DNA from: Candidatus Bathyarchaeota archaeon
GTDB lineage: Archaea; Thermoproteota; Bathyarchaeia; TCS64
NCBI GenBank assembly: GCA_043826455.1
Contig: JBDRQD010000055.1
Location: forward strand, 177-64,176
Reading direction: 5' to 3'
DNA: 64,000 nucleotides
The notes below the pieces were generated by a model. The model had not been told where the DNA came from. It did no database searches and saw only the letters and a program-made list of their open reading frames with translations. The translations under genes and the position numbers were made by a program. This document shows, piece after piece, positions 28,032-37,081 of this stretch. Position 1 is the stretch's first letter; the number at the start of each line of letters is the position of its first letter.

Positions 28032-28110
28032 GGGATATGAGTGGTGTCCCAGGGTTTTTATCTTAACGCCCTTTATCGAGGGTCTTTTATCGCGCTTAAC
28101 GTAGCTCAAG

Positions 28111-28866
28111 GTGATCGCGTTGAGTGTTCAGGGCGTCAAAATCAGGCGAGTCTACAGCGATGGCCGGGAGGAGCACCACGACGACGTGGTGGCCAAGGAT
28201 GTGCCTGTCTGTCTGTTCGTGAACGGTGAGCCGTATCGAACCCTCATCGTGTCCCCCGGTATGGTGGAGGAGCTAGCCGTGGGCCACCTCTACATTGAGG
28301 GTGTCATCTCCTCCCTGGAGGACGTGGTTGAGTTGGCTGTCAAGCCTAACCGTGTTGACGTTACCCTGGACAAGGAAATCGATCCCTTGGAGACCCAGAT
28401 GGCCACCTACAGGCTGCTGACCACAGCTTGCGGCGATGCCTCTTCCGGCGGCTCCAGCCTTCAGAGGATTTCACCTGGAGTTGGCTTCGATCCCTCTCTC
28501 ATCAGGACACTTGTTAAGGCCCTCAACGACCGGAGCTCAGTGTTCAAGGCGACGGGAGGCACCCATTCAGCCCTCCTACACTCTGAGTCTACGAATTTCT
28601 TCGCTGAGGACGTGGGCAGACACAACGCCCTGGACAAGGTCATAGGCGCGGGCCTCATGAAGGGCGTCGACTTCAGCGGATGCGTCCTGGGTTCAAGTGG
28701 GCGCCTGGCCGGGGAGATGGTGCTCAAGGCTGCGAGGGCGGGCATACCGGTGATCTTCAGCGTGTCGGCTCCGCTGCTGTCGGGAATAAGGGTGGCCGAG
28801 GAGGCCGGTATCACGCTCATTGGCTTCGTCAGAGGGAACCGGATGAACCTCTACACCCGGCCATAA
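28111..28866 (+). CDS. fdhD: FdhD-family sulfurtransferase (formate dehydrogenase accessory protein)
   Basis: GGTHSALL, VGRHNALDKVIG and PVIFSVSAP motifs. 251 aa, GTG start. Confidence 0.85.
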   Translation: MIALSVQGVKIRRVYSDGREEHHDDVVAKDVPVCLFVNGEPYRTLIVSPGMVEELAVGHLYIEGVISSLEDVVELAVKPNRVDVTLDKEIDPLETQMATYRLLTTACGDASSGGSSLQRISPGVGFDPSLIRTLVKALNDRSSVFKATGGTHSALLHSESTNFFAEDVGRHNALDKVIGAGLMKGVDFSGCVLGSSGRLAGEMVLKAARAGIPVIFSVSAPLLSGIRVAEEAGITLIGFVRGNRMNLYTRP

Positions 28867-29114
28867 TGCCAATGGAAATGTTAGGAACACGGGTTTCAGT
28901 TGGTTCCTCCGCGTTCCTCTAATACAAACCAAGGGCAGCATAAGCTGAGCCTGGATGAGTCAAAAGAAAAGCAAACCAAAGAATCAACAAGATAAGTCAC
29001 GTAAAAGGCTCATACTCTCCGAGAAGGACTGCCTCAAGGAGTTTTACAGGAAGATATCCTGAGCCCGCAGGCTGATTGAGATGGTTTAATAACGATAACC
29101 TTCTGCATACGAGT

Positions 29115-30056
29115 ATGCAGTTCGGAGTCTACATCCGGTCAGTCGTGACCTACGAGAATATGCTTGAGCTAGCCAGGGCCGCCGAGAGCCTCGGCTACTA
29201 CGGCGTCTTCCTCAACGACCACGTCGAGGGGCTCTCAGGGGACAGGAAGGAGCCCTACCTGGAGGCCTGGACCGCCATGGCCGGCCTGGGTGTGCAGACT
29301 AGGAGGATACGCCTCGGCCACATAACCCTCTTCAACAGCCTCAGGAACCCGGCCTACCTGGCCAAGTCTGTGGCCACCCTGGACAACATGACGGGGGGCA
29401 GGTACGAGCTCATCTTGGGTGCCGGCTGGAACGTGCCCGAGTACGAGGGCTACGACCTCATGGAGAGGGGCAGGGGCATGCCCTCGGCTGGTGAGCGGGT
29501 GGAGCGCCTGAGGGAGTCCGTGGAGATACTGGAGGGCATGCTCCACCACGAGGTCTTCAGCTACGAGGGCAAGTACTGGAGGCTCAAGGAGGCTGTCAAT
29601 GTCCCTCAGCCGGTTCAGAGGTCTTTCAGGGTCAGCGTGGGGGCAAGGCAGCCCAGGTTAATCAGGATCACAGCCAAGTACGCTGACGGCATCAACGCCT
29701 CAGGCAACCTGAAGAACATACGAGAAATCCTGGGTCACTACTATCCAGCCCTTGAGGAGTACGGCAAGACCGTTGACGACGTGTTCATCAGCGGCTTCGC
29801 CCCCAGCGTCCAACTCATGAAAGACGACGCGGAGTACGAGGACACGTTGAGAAAGTGGGCTGAGAGGGGCACCGACCCGGAGGAGGCGCGGGCCAACGAC
29901 TTCATAGGCACCCCGGAGGTGCTCGTGGGGAAGTGGAGAAAGGCTATGGACATGGGCATGAAGATGAGCATCATCAACGTGCGCCCGGGGCAGACCCTTC
30001 AGGACAACATAGAGATGCTGGCCCGGTTCAGGGACTCGGTAGCGACCCAGCTATAA
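29115..30056 (+). CDS. LLM-class (luciferase-like) flavin/F420-dependent oxidoreductase
   Basis: MQFGVYI start, AESLGYYGVFLNDH, and LDNMTGGRYELILGAGW, all typical of the luciferase-like monooxygenase fold. The cofactor cannot be assigned from sequence. Confidence 0.7.
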   Translation: MQFGVYIRSVVTYENMLELARAAESLGYYGVFLNDHVEGLSGDRKEPYLEAWTAMAGLGVQTRRIRLGHITLFNSLRNPAYLAKSVATLDNMTGGRYELILGAGWNVPEYEGYDLMERGRGMPSAGERVERLRESVEILEGMLHHEVFSYEGKYWRLKEAVNVPQPVQRSFRVSVGARQPRLIRITAKYADGINASGNLKNIREILGHYYPALEEYGKTVDDVFISGFAPSVQLMKDDAEYEDTLRKWAERGTDPEEARANDFIGTPEVLVGKWRKAMDMGMKMSIINVRPGQTLQDNIEMLARFRDSVATQL

Positions 30057-30202
30057 AATCCACAATTTTACCTTTATAATGCTAACAGCGCCTAAAAAGA
30101 GTCGCCGGAACCTCTTTCACACCATTTAGTATAGCCCAACTAAGTGAAATCCTGTTCAGAGCTAGTATCATTTTTTAGGCAGGCACCTCTACATGTGCTG
30201 AG

Positions 30203-30682
30203 ATGGACTTAGAGTCACAGCTCCGAGAGTTCTTCGGAGAAGCCGAGAAACGGGTAGCACTGGTGGGTGTCGGCAACCCTCTCAGGGGAGACGATGGCGT
30301 CGGGGTGAAGATTATTGAGCTCCTCGAGGAGGCCGCCCTAGAGAACGTCATGCTGCTGAACACTGAGACTGTGCCAGAGGCTTTCACGGGGAAGGTGGCG
30401 GAGCACAAGCCCACCCACGTGCTGCTTCTGGACGCAGCAAACTTCCGTGGAGAGTTAGGCGACGTGAAGCTTATAGAGTCGTCGAAGATAGGTGGTCAGG
30501 CCATATCCACCCACAGCCTGCCTCTTACCATATTCATAAGCTACATCGAGAAAATGATGGGCGCCAAGGTGCTGCTGCTTGGCGTACAGCCGAGGAACAT
30601 CGAGTTCTTCACCGAGATGAGCCCAGAGGTAGAGAAGACGGCTGAGGATATAGCCGTCTTACTGACAAGAATACTTGGTTAA
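30203..30682 (+). CDS. Hydrogenase maturation endopeptidase (HycI-like), second copy
   Basis: VALVGVGNPLRGDDGVGV and ISTHSLP motifs. 159 aa. It is tail-to-tail with the group-4 hydrogenase operon. Confidence 0.8.
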   Translation: MDLESQLREFFGEAEKRVALVGVGNPLRGDDGVGVKIIELLEEAALENVMLLNTETVPEAFTGKVAEHKPTHVLLLDAANFRGELGDVKLIESSKIGGQAISTHSLPLTIFISYIEKMMGAKVLLLGVQPRNIEFFTEMSPEVEKTAEDIAVLLTRILG

Positions 30683-30693
30683 AGAAAGAGGGT

Positions 30694-31077
30694 TTAATCT
30701 TCCTTCTTGGCCGGCGCTGGGGGTGGGGGCGGCGTCCTGTCAAAGTTGAGGATGCCGTCCTCCTTCTTCAGGACCGCCAGCTCGTACGCTGTTGTGAGCC
30801 ACAAGGCGTCCCTGGGACATATCTCCTCGCACTGCTGGCAGAAAAGGCACTTACCCAGGTCGACGGTGAGGCCCGTGCACTTGGGGCCGGGGCCCCCCTT
30901 CAGGGTTATGGCGAAGCTGGGGCATATCCTCACGCAGAGGGCGCAGCCTATGCACTTGTCTCCGTCGTACTCGTGCTTGCCACGTAGACCTTTCGGTGGC
31001 TCCAGCTTCTCGAAGGGGTATATGAGGGTCGCCGGCTTCTTGAACAGGCTTCTCAGTAGCTCTCTTTCCATGGCCAT
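30694..31077 (-). CDS. NuoI/HycF-like 2x[4Fe-4S] ferredoxin subunit of the membrane hydrogenase
   Basis: CIGCALCVRICP and CLFCQQCEEICP. 127 aa. Confidence 0.85.
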   Translation of the reverse strand: MAMERELLRSLFKKPATLIYPFEKLEPPKGLRGKHEYDGDKCIGCALCVRICPSFAITLKGGPGPKCTGLTVDLGKCLFCQQCEEICPRDALWLTTAYELAVLKKEDGILNFDRTPPPPPAPAKKED

Positions 31078-31078
31078 C

Positions 31079-32101
31079 TTAGATCACTCCCGATATGGCC
31101 ACAACGGCCATCACCTGTAGCACCGCCAGGGGCACCAGGTACCTCCACGCCCCTTGGACAAGCTGGTCTATCCTGAGCCTGGCGAAGAGGACGCTCAGGT
31201 TACTGAGGATGAAGACGCAGAAGGTGGTTTTGAGAATGAACCAGACCACCGGGGGCAGTACTGGTCCCGCGGGTCCGCCCAGGAACAGGCTCGTCAGAAG
31301 GGCGGCCGCCAGCACCATCTTGATGTCACGCCCAGCGTTAAGGAGAGCCAGCTTCTTGCCGCTGTACTCCACCTGCCAGCCGTGGACGATCTCCGTCTCG
31401 GCCTCGCTCATGTCGAAAGGCTTCATCTCCAGTTCCGCTAGTAGGCAGACTGTGTAGATGACGAACCCTATGAAAAGGACCCCACCTGTAATTAGGCCCC
31501 AGACATCGGGCGCGGCCAGGAAGGCGCCGAAGCTGGCCACCTGCCAGTCCACGATCTTGCTTATGCTGAGGCTCCGGGCCAGTATGGCGGGGCCTATGGC
31601 TACCAATCCTAGGGGTATCTCGTATGCCAGCATCATGAAGGCCACCCTGGTGGCTCCCACGGCCCCGAAGAGGTTGCCGCTGCTCCACCCCGCCAGGAAT
31701 ATGGCGAGGACCGTGATGCTCATGAGGAACAGCACCATGATGAGGTCGCCCTCGAAGCTGGCCACAGCGTCCCAGGCCCAGAGGTTGGTGATGCTCTGGA
31801 TGGGTATTAGGAAGGTGGCCGCCAGGGGTATAGCGAAGATGAAGAGCGGCGCGGCGTTAAACACTGGCTTGTTGGCCGCTGCGGGCGTGATGTCCTCCTT
31901 GACCAGCAGCTTGATGAAGTCGGCCAGAGGCTGAAGAATGCCCTGCCACCCGGTGTGGAGGGGGCCCACCCGGTTCTGCAGTCGGGCAGCAACCTTTCTT
32001 TTCACCCACTGGGCGTAGAGACTGTAAGTCAGTATGAAGGATAGTCCCGGGAACACCAGGACCGCTATCAGGGTTGTTATGAGGCTCATTTCTTGTACCA
32101 C
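31079..32101 (-). CDS. NuoH/HycD-like integral membrane subunit
   Basis: RVGPLHTGWQGILQPLADFIKLLVKED (NuoH signature). ~8 TM helices. Confidence 0.85.
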   Translation of the reverse strand: MVQEMSLITTLIAVLVFPGLSFILTYSLYAQWVKRKVAARLQNRVGPLHTGWQGILQPLADFIKLLVKEDITPAAANKPVFNAAPLFIFAIPLAATFLIPIQSITNLWAWDAVASFEGDLIMVLFLMSITVLAIFLAGWSSGNLFGAVGATRVAFMMLAYEIPLGLVAIGPAILARSLSISKIVDWQVASFGAFLAAPDVWGLITGGVLFIGFVIYTVCLLAELEMKPFDMSEAETEIVHGWQVEYSGKKLALLNAGRDIKMVLAAALLTSLFLGGPAGPVLPPVVWFILKTTFCVFILSNLSVLFARLRIDQLVQGAWRYLVPLAVLQVMAVVAISGVI

Positions 32102-33267
32102 TCCAACCCGTATCTGCGGAGCTGCTCCTCGTCCCAGACCCAGGTTTTATCCTTGCCCTCGTCGTAGAATACCATCCTGTCGGTGCAGCTGAAGCAGGGA
32201 TCGATCCCCGCCAGCGTGATGGGTATATCCGCTATGTACCCACCCTTCAGGCGCTCGACGAGGCTGGGGATGTTACCCAGGGTCGGGGCCCTGATCTTGT
32301 GCCTGTAAGGCATGTTCCTGCCGTCGCTGATGGTGTAGTGGATGAGCTCGCCCCGCTGGGCCTCCACTATATAGACAGCCTCTCCCTCAGGCAGCTTCTG
32401 CATTGGGTTGAACTTGACGGCGATCTCTCCTTCCGGTATGTTGTCTAGGACCCACTTGCATATCTTCACAGCCTCCAGTGTCTCCAGGACCCTGACCAGG
32501 ACCTGGCCCAGGACGTCGCCGTTGTCCACGTAGATGTGCTCGAAGGGTATCTCGTCGTAGAGCAGATAGGGCGCCGTCTTCCTGGTGTCGCATGGGACGC
32601 CGCTGCTTCTGGCGTTGGGGCCGCAGCCGCTGAGCCTTATCATGTCCTCCTTGCCCAGGTACCCAACGCCCACCGCACGATCCAGTATCGTCTGCTCGGT
32701 GGATGCGACCTTGATGTAGTAGTTGGTTCTCTCAGCCAAGGCGTCTAGGACCTTGTGCCACCTGGGGAAGTTATCCTTGCTGATGTCACGTCGGACGCCG
32801 CCGACCGTGGGTATGGCGTAGTTGACCCTATTACCGCTGATCTCCTCCAGGAGATCCATGACAAGCTCGCGGTCACGCCACACGTAGTAGAACATGGTGT
32901 CGAATCCTATCTCGTGGGCGGCTACCCCCACCCACAGGAGGTGGCTGTGGATGCGCTCAAGCTCGTGGAAGAAAACGCGGATGTACTTGGCGCGCTCAGG
33001 TATCTCGATGCCTCCCACCTCCTCCACGGCCCCCGTGTAGGCGGTCTGGTGGGCGTTACTGCAGATACCGCAGACGCGCTCAGTTATGTAGAGGTTTTGG
33101 ATGTAGTTGCGGGCCTCCATGGCCTTCTCGATGCCCCTGTGGTTGTACCCGATGCGGGGCTCCACGTCCACCACGGTTTCGCCGTCCACGGTGAAGTAGA
33201 AGCTCTCAGGCTCCTTGAGGGCGGGGTGCTGTGGCCCTATAGGTATAACGAACTGTCTGTCACTCAA
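32086..33267 (-). CDS. Group-4 [NiFe] hydrogenase large subunit (NuoD homologue retaining the Ni-Fe ligands)
   Basis: RVCGICSNAH (N-terminal CxxC) and DPCFSCTDR (C-terminal CxxC), followed by a 29-aa tail. I prefer TTG 33267 (LSDRQFVIPIGPQHP), which overlaps the stop of the upstream NuoC-like gene; the track start at 33360 would add an unlikely 31 aa. Confidence 0.85.
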   Translation of the reverse strand: MSDRQFVIPIGPQHPALKEPESFYFTVDGETVVDVEPRIGYNHRGIEKAMEARNYIQNLYITERVCGICSNAHQTAYTGAVEEVGGIEIPERAKYIRVFFHELERIHSHLLWVGVAAHEIGFDTMFYYVWRDRELVMDLLEEISGNRVNYAIPTVGGVRRDISKDNFPRWHKVLDALAERTNYYIKVASTEQTILDRAVGVGYLGKEDMIRLSGCGPNARSSGVPCDTRKTAPYLLYDEIPFEHIYVDNGDVLGQVLVRVLETLEAVKICKWVLDNIPEGEIAVKFNPMQKLPEGEAVYIVEAQRGELIHYTISDGRNMPYRHKIRAPTLGNIPSLVERLKGGYIADIPITLAGIDPCFSCTDRMVFYDEGKDKTWVWDEEQLRRYGLEWYKK

Positions 33268-33760
33268 CGTCTTTCCCCCACTTTTTTCCGTCCACCTTCT
33301 CACGGAGTGTCTGGATGTCCCACTCCTTGCGCAGGGGGTGAACTCCCTCGGGCCAATCATAATCCAGTATCAACCTCTTTGGGTCTGGGTGCCCCTCGGG
33401 GAACACTCCCAGGAGGTCATTGACCTCCCTTTCGTAGAGGACAGCCCCGTTAAGTATGTCCGTTATGCTGGGGACCTTGGGGTCGTCCTTGGGCACCGAT
33501 ACCTTAAGGTTCATGTTGAAGCCCTCGCTACGCAGGTGGTACACCACCTCGTACCTGTCCTTCATGTCCACGCCCGATATGGTGACGACATGGACGAAGC
33601 CGTGCTTCTCCTTAAGATACTTGACCACGTCCCTGAACACCTCCCGTTTGACGGTGGCGAAGGCCCTGTACAGCCGCGGAACCTTGGTGTCGGATACGTT
33701 TTCCTCGCCGAACTTTTTCACCAGGTCCTGCACGACTTTTGATTGTTCTTTAATGCTCAT
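33260..33760 (-). CDS. NuoC/HycE-N-terminal-like 30-kDa-type subunit
   Basis: 166 aa. FVHVVTISGVDM..YEVVYHL and PDPKRLIL are typical of the NuoC family. It sits between the B- and D-like genes. Confidence 0.8.
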   Translation of the reverse strand: MSIKEQSKVVQDLVKKFGEENVSDTKVPRLYRAFATVKREVFRDVVKYLKEKHGFVHVVTISGVDMKDRYEVVYHLRSEGFNMNLKVSVPKDDPKVPSITDILNGAVLYEREVNDLLGVFPEGHPDPKRLILDYDWPEGVHPLRKEWDIQTLREKVDGKKWGKDVE

Positions 33761-33772
33761 TCACTTTTCACC

Positions 33773-34192
33773 TCAGTACCCCGCGCTCACCAGGAGCTTC
33801 ACGACGCCGTCCAGGATGGCCTCCGGCTTCGGCGGGCACCCTGGAACGAAGGCGTTCACCGGTATCACCTTGTCCACACCCTCCATGACGTTATAGCAGT
33901 CCTGGAAGACGCCGCCACTGATGGCACAGGATCCTACGGCTACCACGAACTTGGGCACGGGCATCTGCTCATAGATTCTTTTAAGCCTGTCCCTAACTTT
34001 CCTGGGGACTGAGCCGGACACCACCATCACATCCGCGTGCCGAGGTGTGCCCTTAAGAACGCCTCCGAACCTCTCCACGTCGAACCTGGGCATCAAGGCG
34101 GCCAACACCTCGATGTCGCAGGCGTTGCACGCGCCGGCGTTGAAGTGGATAAGCCAAGGTGAACGTGTTCTCGCCCATGCAAGTATGCTCAC
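33773..34192 (-). CDS. NuoB-like [NiFe] hydrogenase small subunit (single proximal [4Fe-4S])
   Basis: GACNACDIE, GSCAISGG and PGCPPKPE. Confidence 0.85.
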   Translation of the reverse strand: MSILAWARTRSPWLIHFNAGACNACDIEVLAALMPRFDVERFGGVLKGTPRHADVMVVSGSVPRKVRDRLKRIYEQMPVPKFVVAVGSCAISGGVFQDCYNVMEGVDKVIPVNAFVPGCPPKPEAILDGVVKLLVSAGY

Positions 34193-34193
34193 T

Positions 34194-34547
34194 TTACAGC
34201 CTCCACTTGGCGTTGAGTATCACTATGGAGATGAGGCTGGCACCGGCGTAGAATAGGGGCAGGAGAATGTTCACTGGGTTGGCGAAGGCGGTGACGAGCA
34301 CGAAACCCAACACGTCGAATATCATGAAGTACACCGCATAGATGAAAAAGTTCTCAGTGTTAACCCTAACCTTTGTCGGTTGCACAGGTTCTCCACAAGC
34401 ATATGGGGCCAGCTTTCCTTCGGTGTCGGGGCTCTTGGGCGCGTAGTCGTTACCAAGAGCGATTATGATCAGCGCGACTACTAAGGAAAGTCCCATAATT
34501 AAAGTAAATCCACTAAGACCTGCTAGCAAACTTTGGTCCCTCAACAT
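34194..34547 (-). CDS. NuoA (ND3)-like membrane subunit
   Basis: 117 aa with 3 TM helices. YACGEP matches the NuoA YECG loop, and FMIFDVLGFV matches the NuoA FDVE region. Confidence 0.65.
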   Translation of the reverse strand: MLRDQSLLAGLSGFTLIMGLSLVVALIIIALGNDYAPKSPDTEGKLAPYACGEPVQPTKVRVNTENFFIYAVYFMIFDVLGFVLVTAFANPVNILLPLFYAGASLISIVILNAKWRL

Positions 34548-34772
34548 AGCGTTTTATTGGTGCATATAAAGATTTACGACAGATAAGATTATTCCCCTAA
34601 TTTGGTACAGGTGGATATTCGGGGGTCCGTTTCATAGTATATTTTATTATTTTTGACCCTTTTAGTTGTCTTTCATTTATTAATGGAATCCCCGTTTTTA
34701 GGCGTATCAGCAGCGAAATTTTTATAGTGATAAAGATGATAGGTTAGCAATTCAAGATTAGGGGAGTTGTAA
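34548..34772. promoter_or_regulatory. AT-rich divergent promoter region shared by the two arms of the membrane hydrogenase gene cluster
   Basis: A 225-bp non-coding spacer between divergent starts (34547 minus, 34773 plus). TATA-like elements are gcgaaatttttatagtg (~34714..34730, plus strand) and catataaag (34563..34571, read on the minus strand as ctttatatg). An SD-like aggggag precedes GTG 34773. Confidence 0.5.
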
Positions 34773-35018
34773 GTGGCGTCAGAAGTAGTTCAAATTATAC
34801 TCATTGCCGCAACCCTAGTCTTCGCTTTCATGGCCGCTGGACTCAAGGACCTACTGTACGCCGCCCTTAGCCTGGGCGGGATGGCCATCTGCCTGGGGGG
34901 CCTCTTCTGGACCCTCAACGCGCCGTACGTAGCCTTGTTCCAGATGCTCATCTATGGCGGAGCTGTGGTTGTCCTCTTCGTCTCCGTGATAATGTTCGTG
35001 AGGAGTGGCGAAGGATGA
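34773..35018 (+). CDS. NuoJ N-terminal-like / MbhD-like small membrane subunit
   Basis: 81 aa with 3 TM helices, GTG start. FQMLIYGGAVVVLFVSVIMF resembles the ND6/NuoJ core. Confidence 0.6.
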   Translation: MASEVVQIILIAATLVFAFMAAGLKDLLYAALSLGGMAICLGGLFWTLNAPYVALFQMLIYGGAVVVLFVSVIMFVRSGEG

Positions 35019-35287
35019 GTGAGAGTAAGATCAGCCTCTACGCAGGCATCGTAGTAAGCGTACTCATCTTCGGGTCCCTCGTCCTGATCCTGGTCAACGA
35101 GCCGTTCCCCAGCTCCAAGCTGGTGCATAGCGAGATGATCCCGACTCAGCCAGGTTCACAGATCGGAGGCGCGATGAGTGGGTTCCTCTGGGACTTCAGA
35201 GGAATGGATCTGGTGTTCCAGACACTAATCCTATTCACGACAGCCATCTGCTGTCTAGCAATGCTGAGAGAGGAGATACGGAAATAA
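35015..35287 (+). CDS. MnhB/MbhE-like small membrane subunit
   Basis: 90 aa. DFRGMDLVFQTLILFTTAI resembles the MnhB-family RG-x-D..E..V.F motif. Overlaps the upstream gene by 4 nt. Confidence 0.55.
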   Translation: MSESKISLYAGIVVSVLIFGSLVLILVNEPFPSSKLVHSEMIPTQPGSQIGGAMSGFLWDFRGMDLVFQTLILFTTAICCLAMLREEIRK

Positions 35288-35288
35288 G

Positions 35289-35600
35289 ATGAATGCAGTG
35301 GTTTGGCTCGGCTCGGCTTTCGCGTTGTTCGCCATAGGACTCTATTGTGTGTCCAAGCGAAACATGATACGCATCCTTCTAGGAATAGAGATAATTCTCA
35401 ACTCCGGAAACCTGGCGTTCATATATTTCGCGTCAAATTATCCCGGCCTAGGCGTCGTGGACCCCCTCGGCCAGTCAGTGGTCTTCATGTCCATAGTGAT
35501 CGGTGGGGCAGTGATGGCCATCGGCTTAGTTCTCATAGTCAACGCCTACAAGCAGTTCAAGACAACCGACTCCCAAGAGCTTAGGAGGTTGAAGTGGTGA
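35289..35600 (+). CDS. NuoK (ND4L)/MnhC-like membrane subunit
   Basis: 103 aa with 3 TM helices. NMIRILLGIEIILNSGNLAFIYF (conserved Glu in TM2). Confidence 0.8.
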   Translation: MNAVVWLGSAFALFAIGLYCVSKRNMIRILLGIEIILNSGNLAFIYFASNYPGLGVVDPLGQSVVFMSIVIGGAVMAIGLVLIVNAYKQFKTTDSQELRRLKW

Positions 35601-37081
35601 TACCCACAGCCCTCTACTACCTTTTCGCGCCTCTGCTGGTCGTCCTTGTGGGCGTAATGGCGGAGAGAATGGGCTCCCCCAAGCTACGGGACGGCTTTTC
35701 CATACTTGCGAGTATCTGGGGGATTGTCTCCGTCTGGATGCTTTTCAACATGCTCCAGGCTTCCCCTGACAAGATCCTGGTAATCACCATCGGCGGGAAC
35801 CCGCCTCTGGCAGCGTGCCTGGAGATCGATGCACTAAGCATCTACGTGGCCTTCAGCGCCGCCCTTCTGGGGTTCTTCGCCAACGTATACAGTTATAGCT
35901 ACATGGACCACGATACGCGGCTGACTGAGTACTACACGCTGCTCCACGCTCTCGTAGTGGGAATCATTGGAGTGGCTCTCGCAGGCGACCTGTTTACAAT
36001 GTTCATCTTCTGGGAGACCATGGGGATATCAAGCTACGCTCTGGTCGCCTTCAGGAAGGACACCCCTGGGCCCATCGAGGCGGGCTTCAAGTACATGATA
36101 ATGGGCAGCGTCGGCAGCACGATCCTGTTCTTCGGGGCAGCCCTGCTCTACGGGATGACGGGTACACTGAACCTGGCTCAGATGAGCTCAGTGATCCGGG
36201 GGCAGGCTATAAACCCCTGGCTGTACCTGGTCTTCGCCATGCTGATCGTCGGGTTCGGCGTAAAATCCGCCATTGTACCCATGCACACATGGCTCCCCGA
36301 CGCCCACCCAGAGGCGCCCAGCCCCATCAGCGCCATGCTGTCAGGGATAGTCATCGAGACCGGCCTCTACGCCATGGTCAGGGTGCTCTTCCTGCTCTTC
36401 GAGCCAAGCTTCTTCACAATGCCCATGATGATCCTAGCCATCATAACCATGAGCCTGGGGAACATCATGGCCCTGCTTCAGACCGACCTTAAGCGTCTGC
36501 TGGCCTACTCCAGCATCGCCCAGATCGGGTACATGCTGATAGGCGTCTCAACGGGTCTGAGCTATGGCCTCCTCGGGACGTTCATGCACGTGTTTAACCA
36601 CTCCTTGATGAAGGGGATCGCTTTCCTCGCCGCGGGCAACATTGTGCATGAGACAGGGACCCGTGACATCAACGAGATGCAGGGCGTAGGAAGAATGATG
36701 CCATTAACCACCTTGGCCATCACCGTAGCTTTCCTGGGCCTAGGCGGCGTACCCGGAACCAGCGGCTTCATCAGCAAGTTCATACTGTTCAACGCCTCGC
36801 TGGGCGCCGGCCTCCCAATACTGGCGATTGTCGGCGTCCTCAACAGCACGCTGAGCATGGCATACTACCTGAGAGTAATCATGACCCTCCTCAGCGGCAA
36901 GATGCCGGAAGGTAAGGTAGTAAAAGAGGCCCCGCTCATGATGGTGGGAGTCACATTAGTCATGTCAATACTCGTTATCGCCTTCGGGCTTTACCCTAGC
37001 CCCATAATGGGCATCTCAACCGATGCCTCTGAGGCCCTGATTAAGGGCCTCGTCAACTACATAGGAGCTGTTCTAAGATGA
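35594..37081 (+). CDS. Antiporter-like subunit (NuoN/NuoM/MnhD family), extra copy between the K- and L-like genes
   Basis: 495 aa, ~14 TM helices. FKSAIVPMHTWLPDAHPEAPSPISAMLSG and LKRLLAYSSIAQIGYML are proton-pumping-subunit signatures. GTG start overlaps the nuoK-like stop. Confidence 0.85.
   Translation: MVIPTALYYLFAPLLVVLVGVMAERMGSPKLRDGFSILASIWGIVSVWMLFNMLQASPDKILVITIGGNPPLAACLEIDALSIYVAFSAALLGFFANVYSYSYMDHDTRLTEYYTLLHALVVGIIGVALAGDLFTMFIFWETMGISSYALVAFRKDTPGPIEAGFKYMIMGSVGSTILFFGAALLYGMTGTLNLAQMSSVIRGQAINPWLYLVFAMLIVGFGVKSAIVPMHTWLPDAHPEAPSPISAMLSGIVIETGLYAMVRVLFLLFEPSFFTMPMMILAIITMSLGNIMALLQTDLKRLLAYSSIAQIGYMLIGVSTGLSYGLLGTFMHVFNHSLMKGIAFLAAGNIVHETGTRDINEMQGVGRMMPLTTLAITVAFLGLGGVPGTSGFISKFILFNASLGAGLPILAIVGVLNSTLSMAYYLRVIMTLLSGKMPEGKVVKEAPLMMVGVTLVMSILVIAFGLYPSPIMGISTDASEALIKGLVNYIGAVLR

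Noticed and set aside
26988-28040. 350-aa and 261-aa plus-strand ORFs (26988..28040 and 27004..27789), and a 194-aa alternate-frame minus-strand ORF (27331..27915), all overlapping the E1-like gene
   Set aside because: They are antisense or alternate-frame to a gene with unambiguous ThiF/MoeB motifs. Their translations are low-complexity (R/G/P/H-rich).
28955-29062. 35-codon basic ORF (MSQKKSKPKNQQDKSRKRLILSEKDCLKEFYRKIS) in the fdhD/LLM spacer
   Set aside because: It is too short and too low in complexity to support from sequence alone, and it has no recognisable motif. It is noted only as a candidate for ribosome-profiling data.
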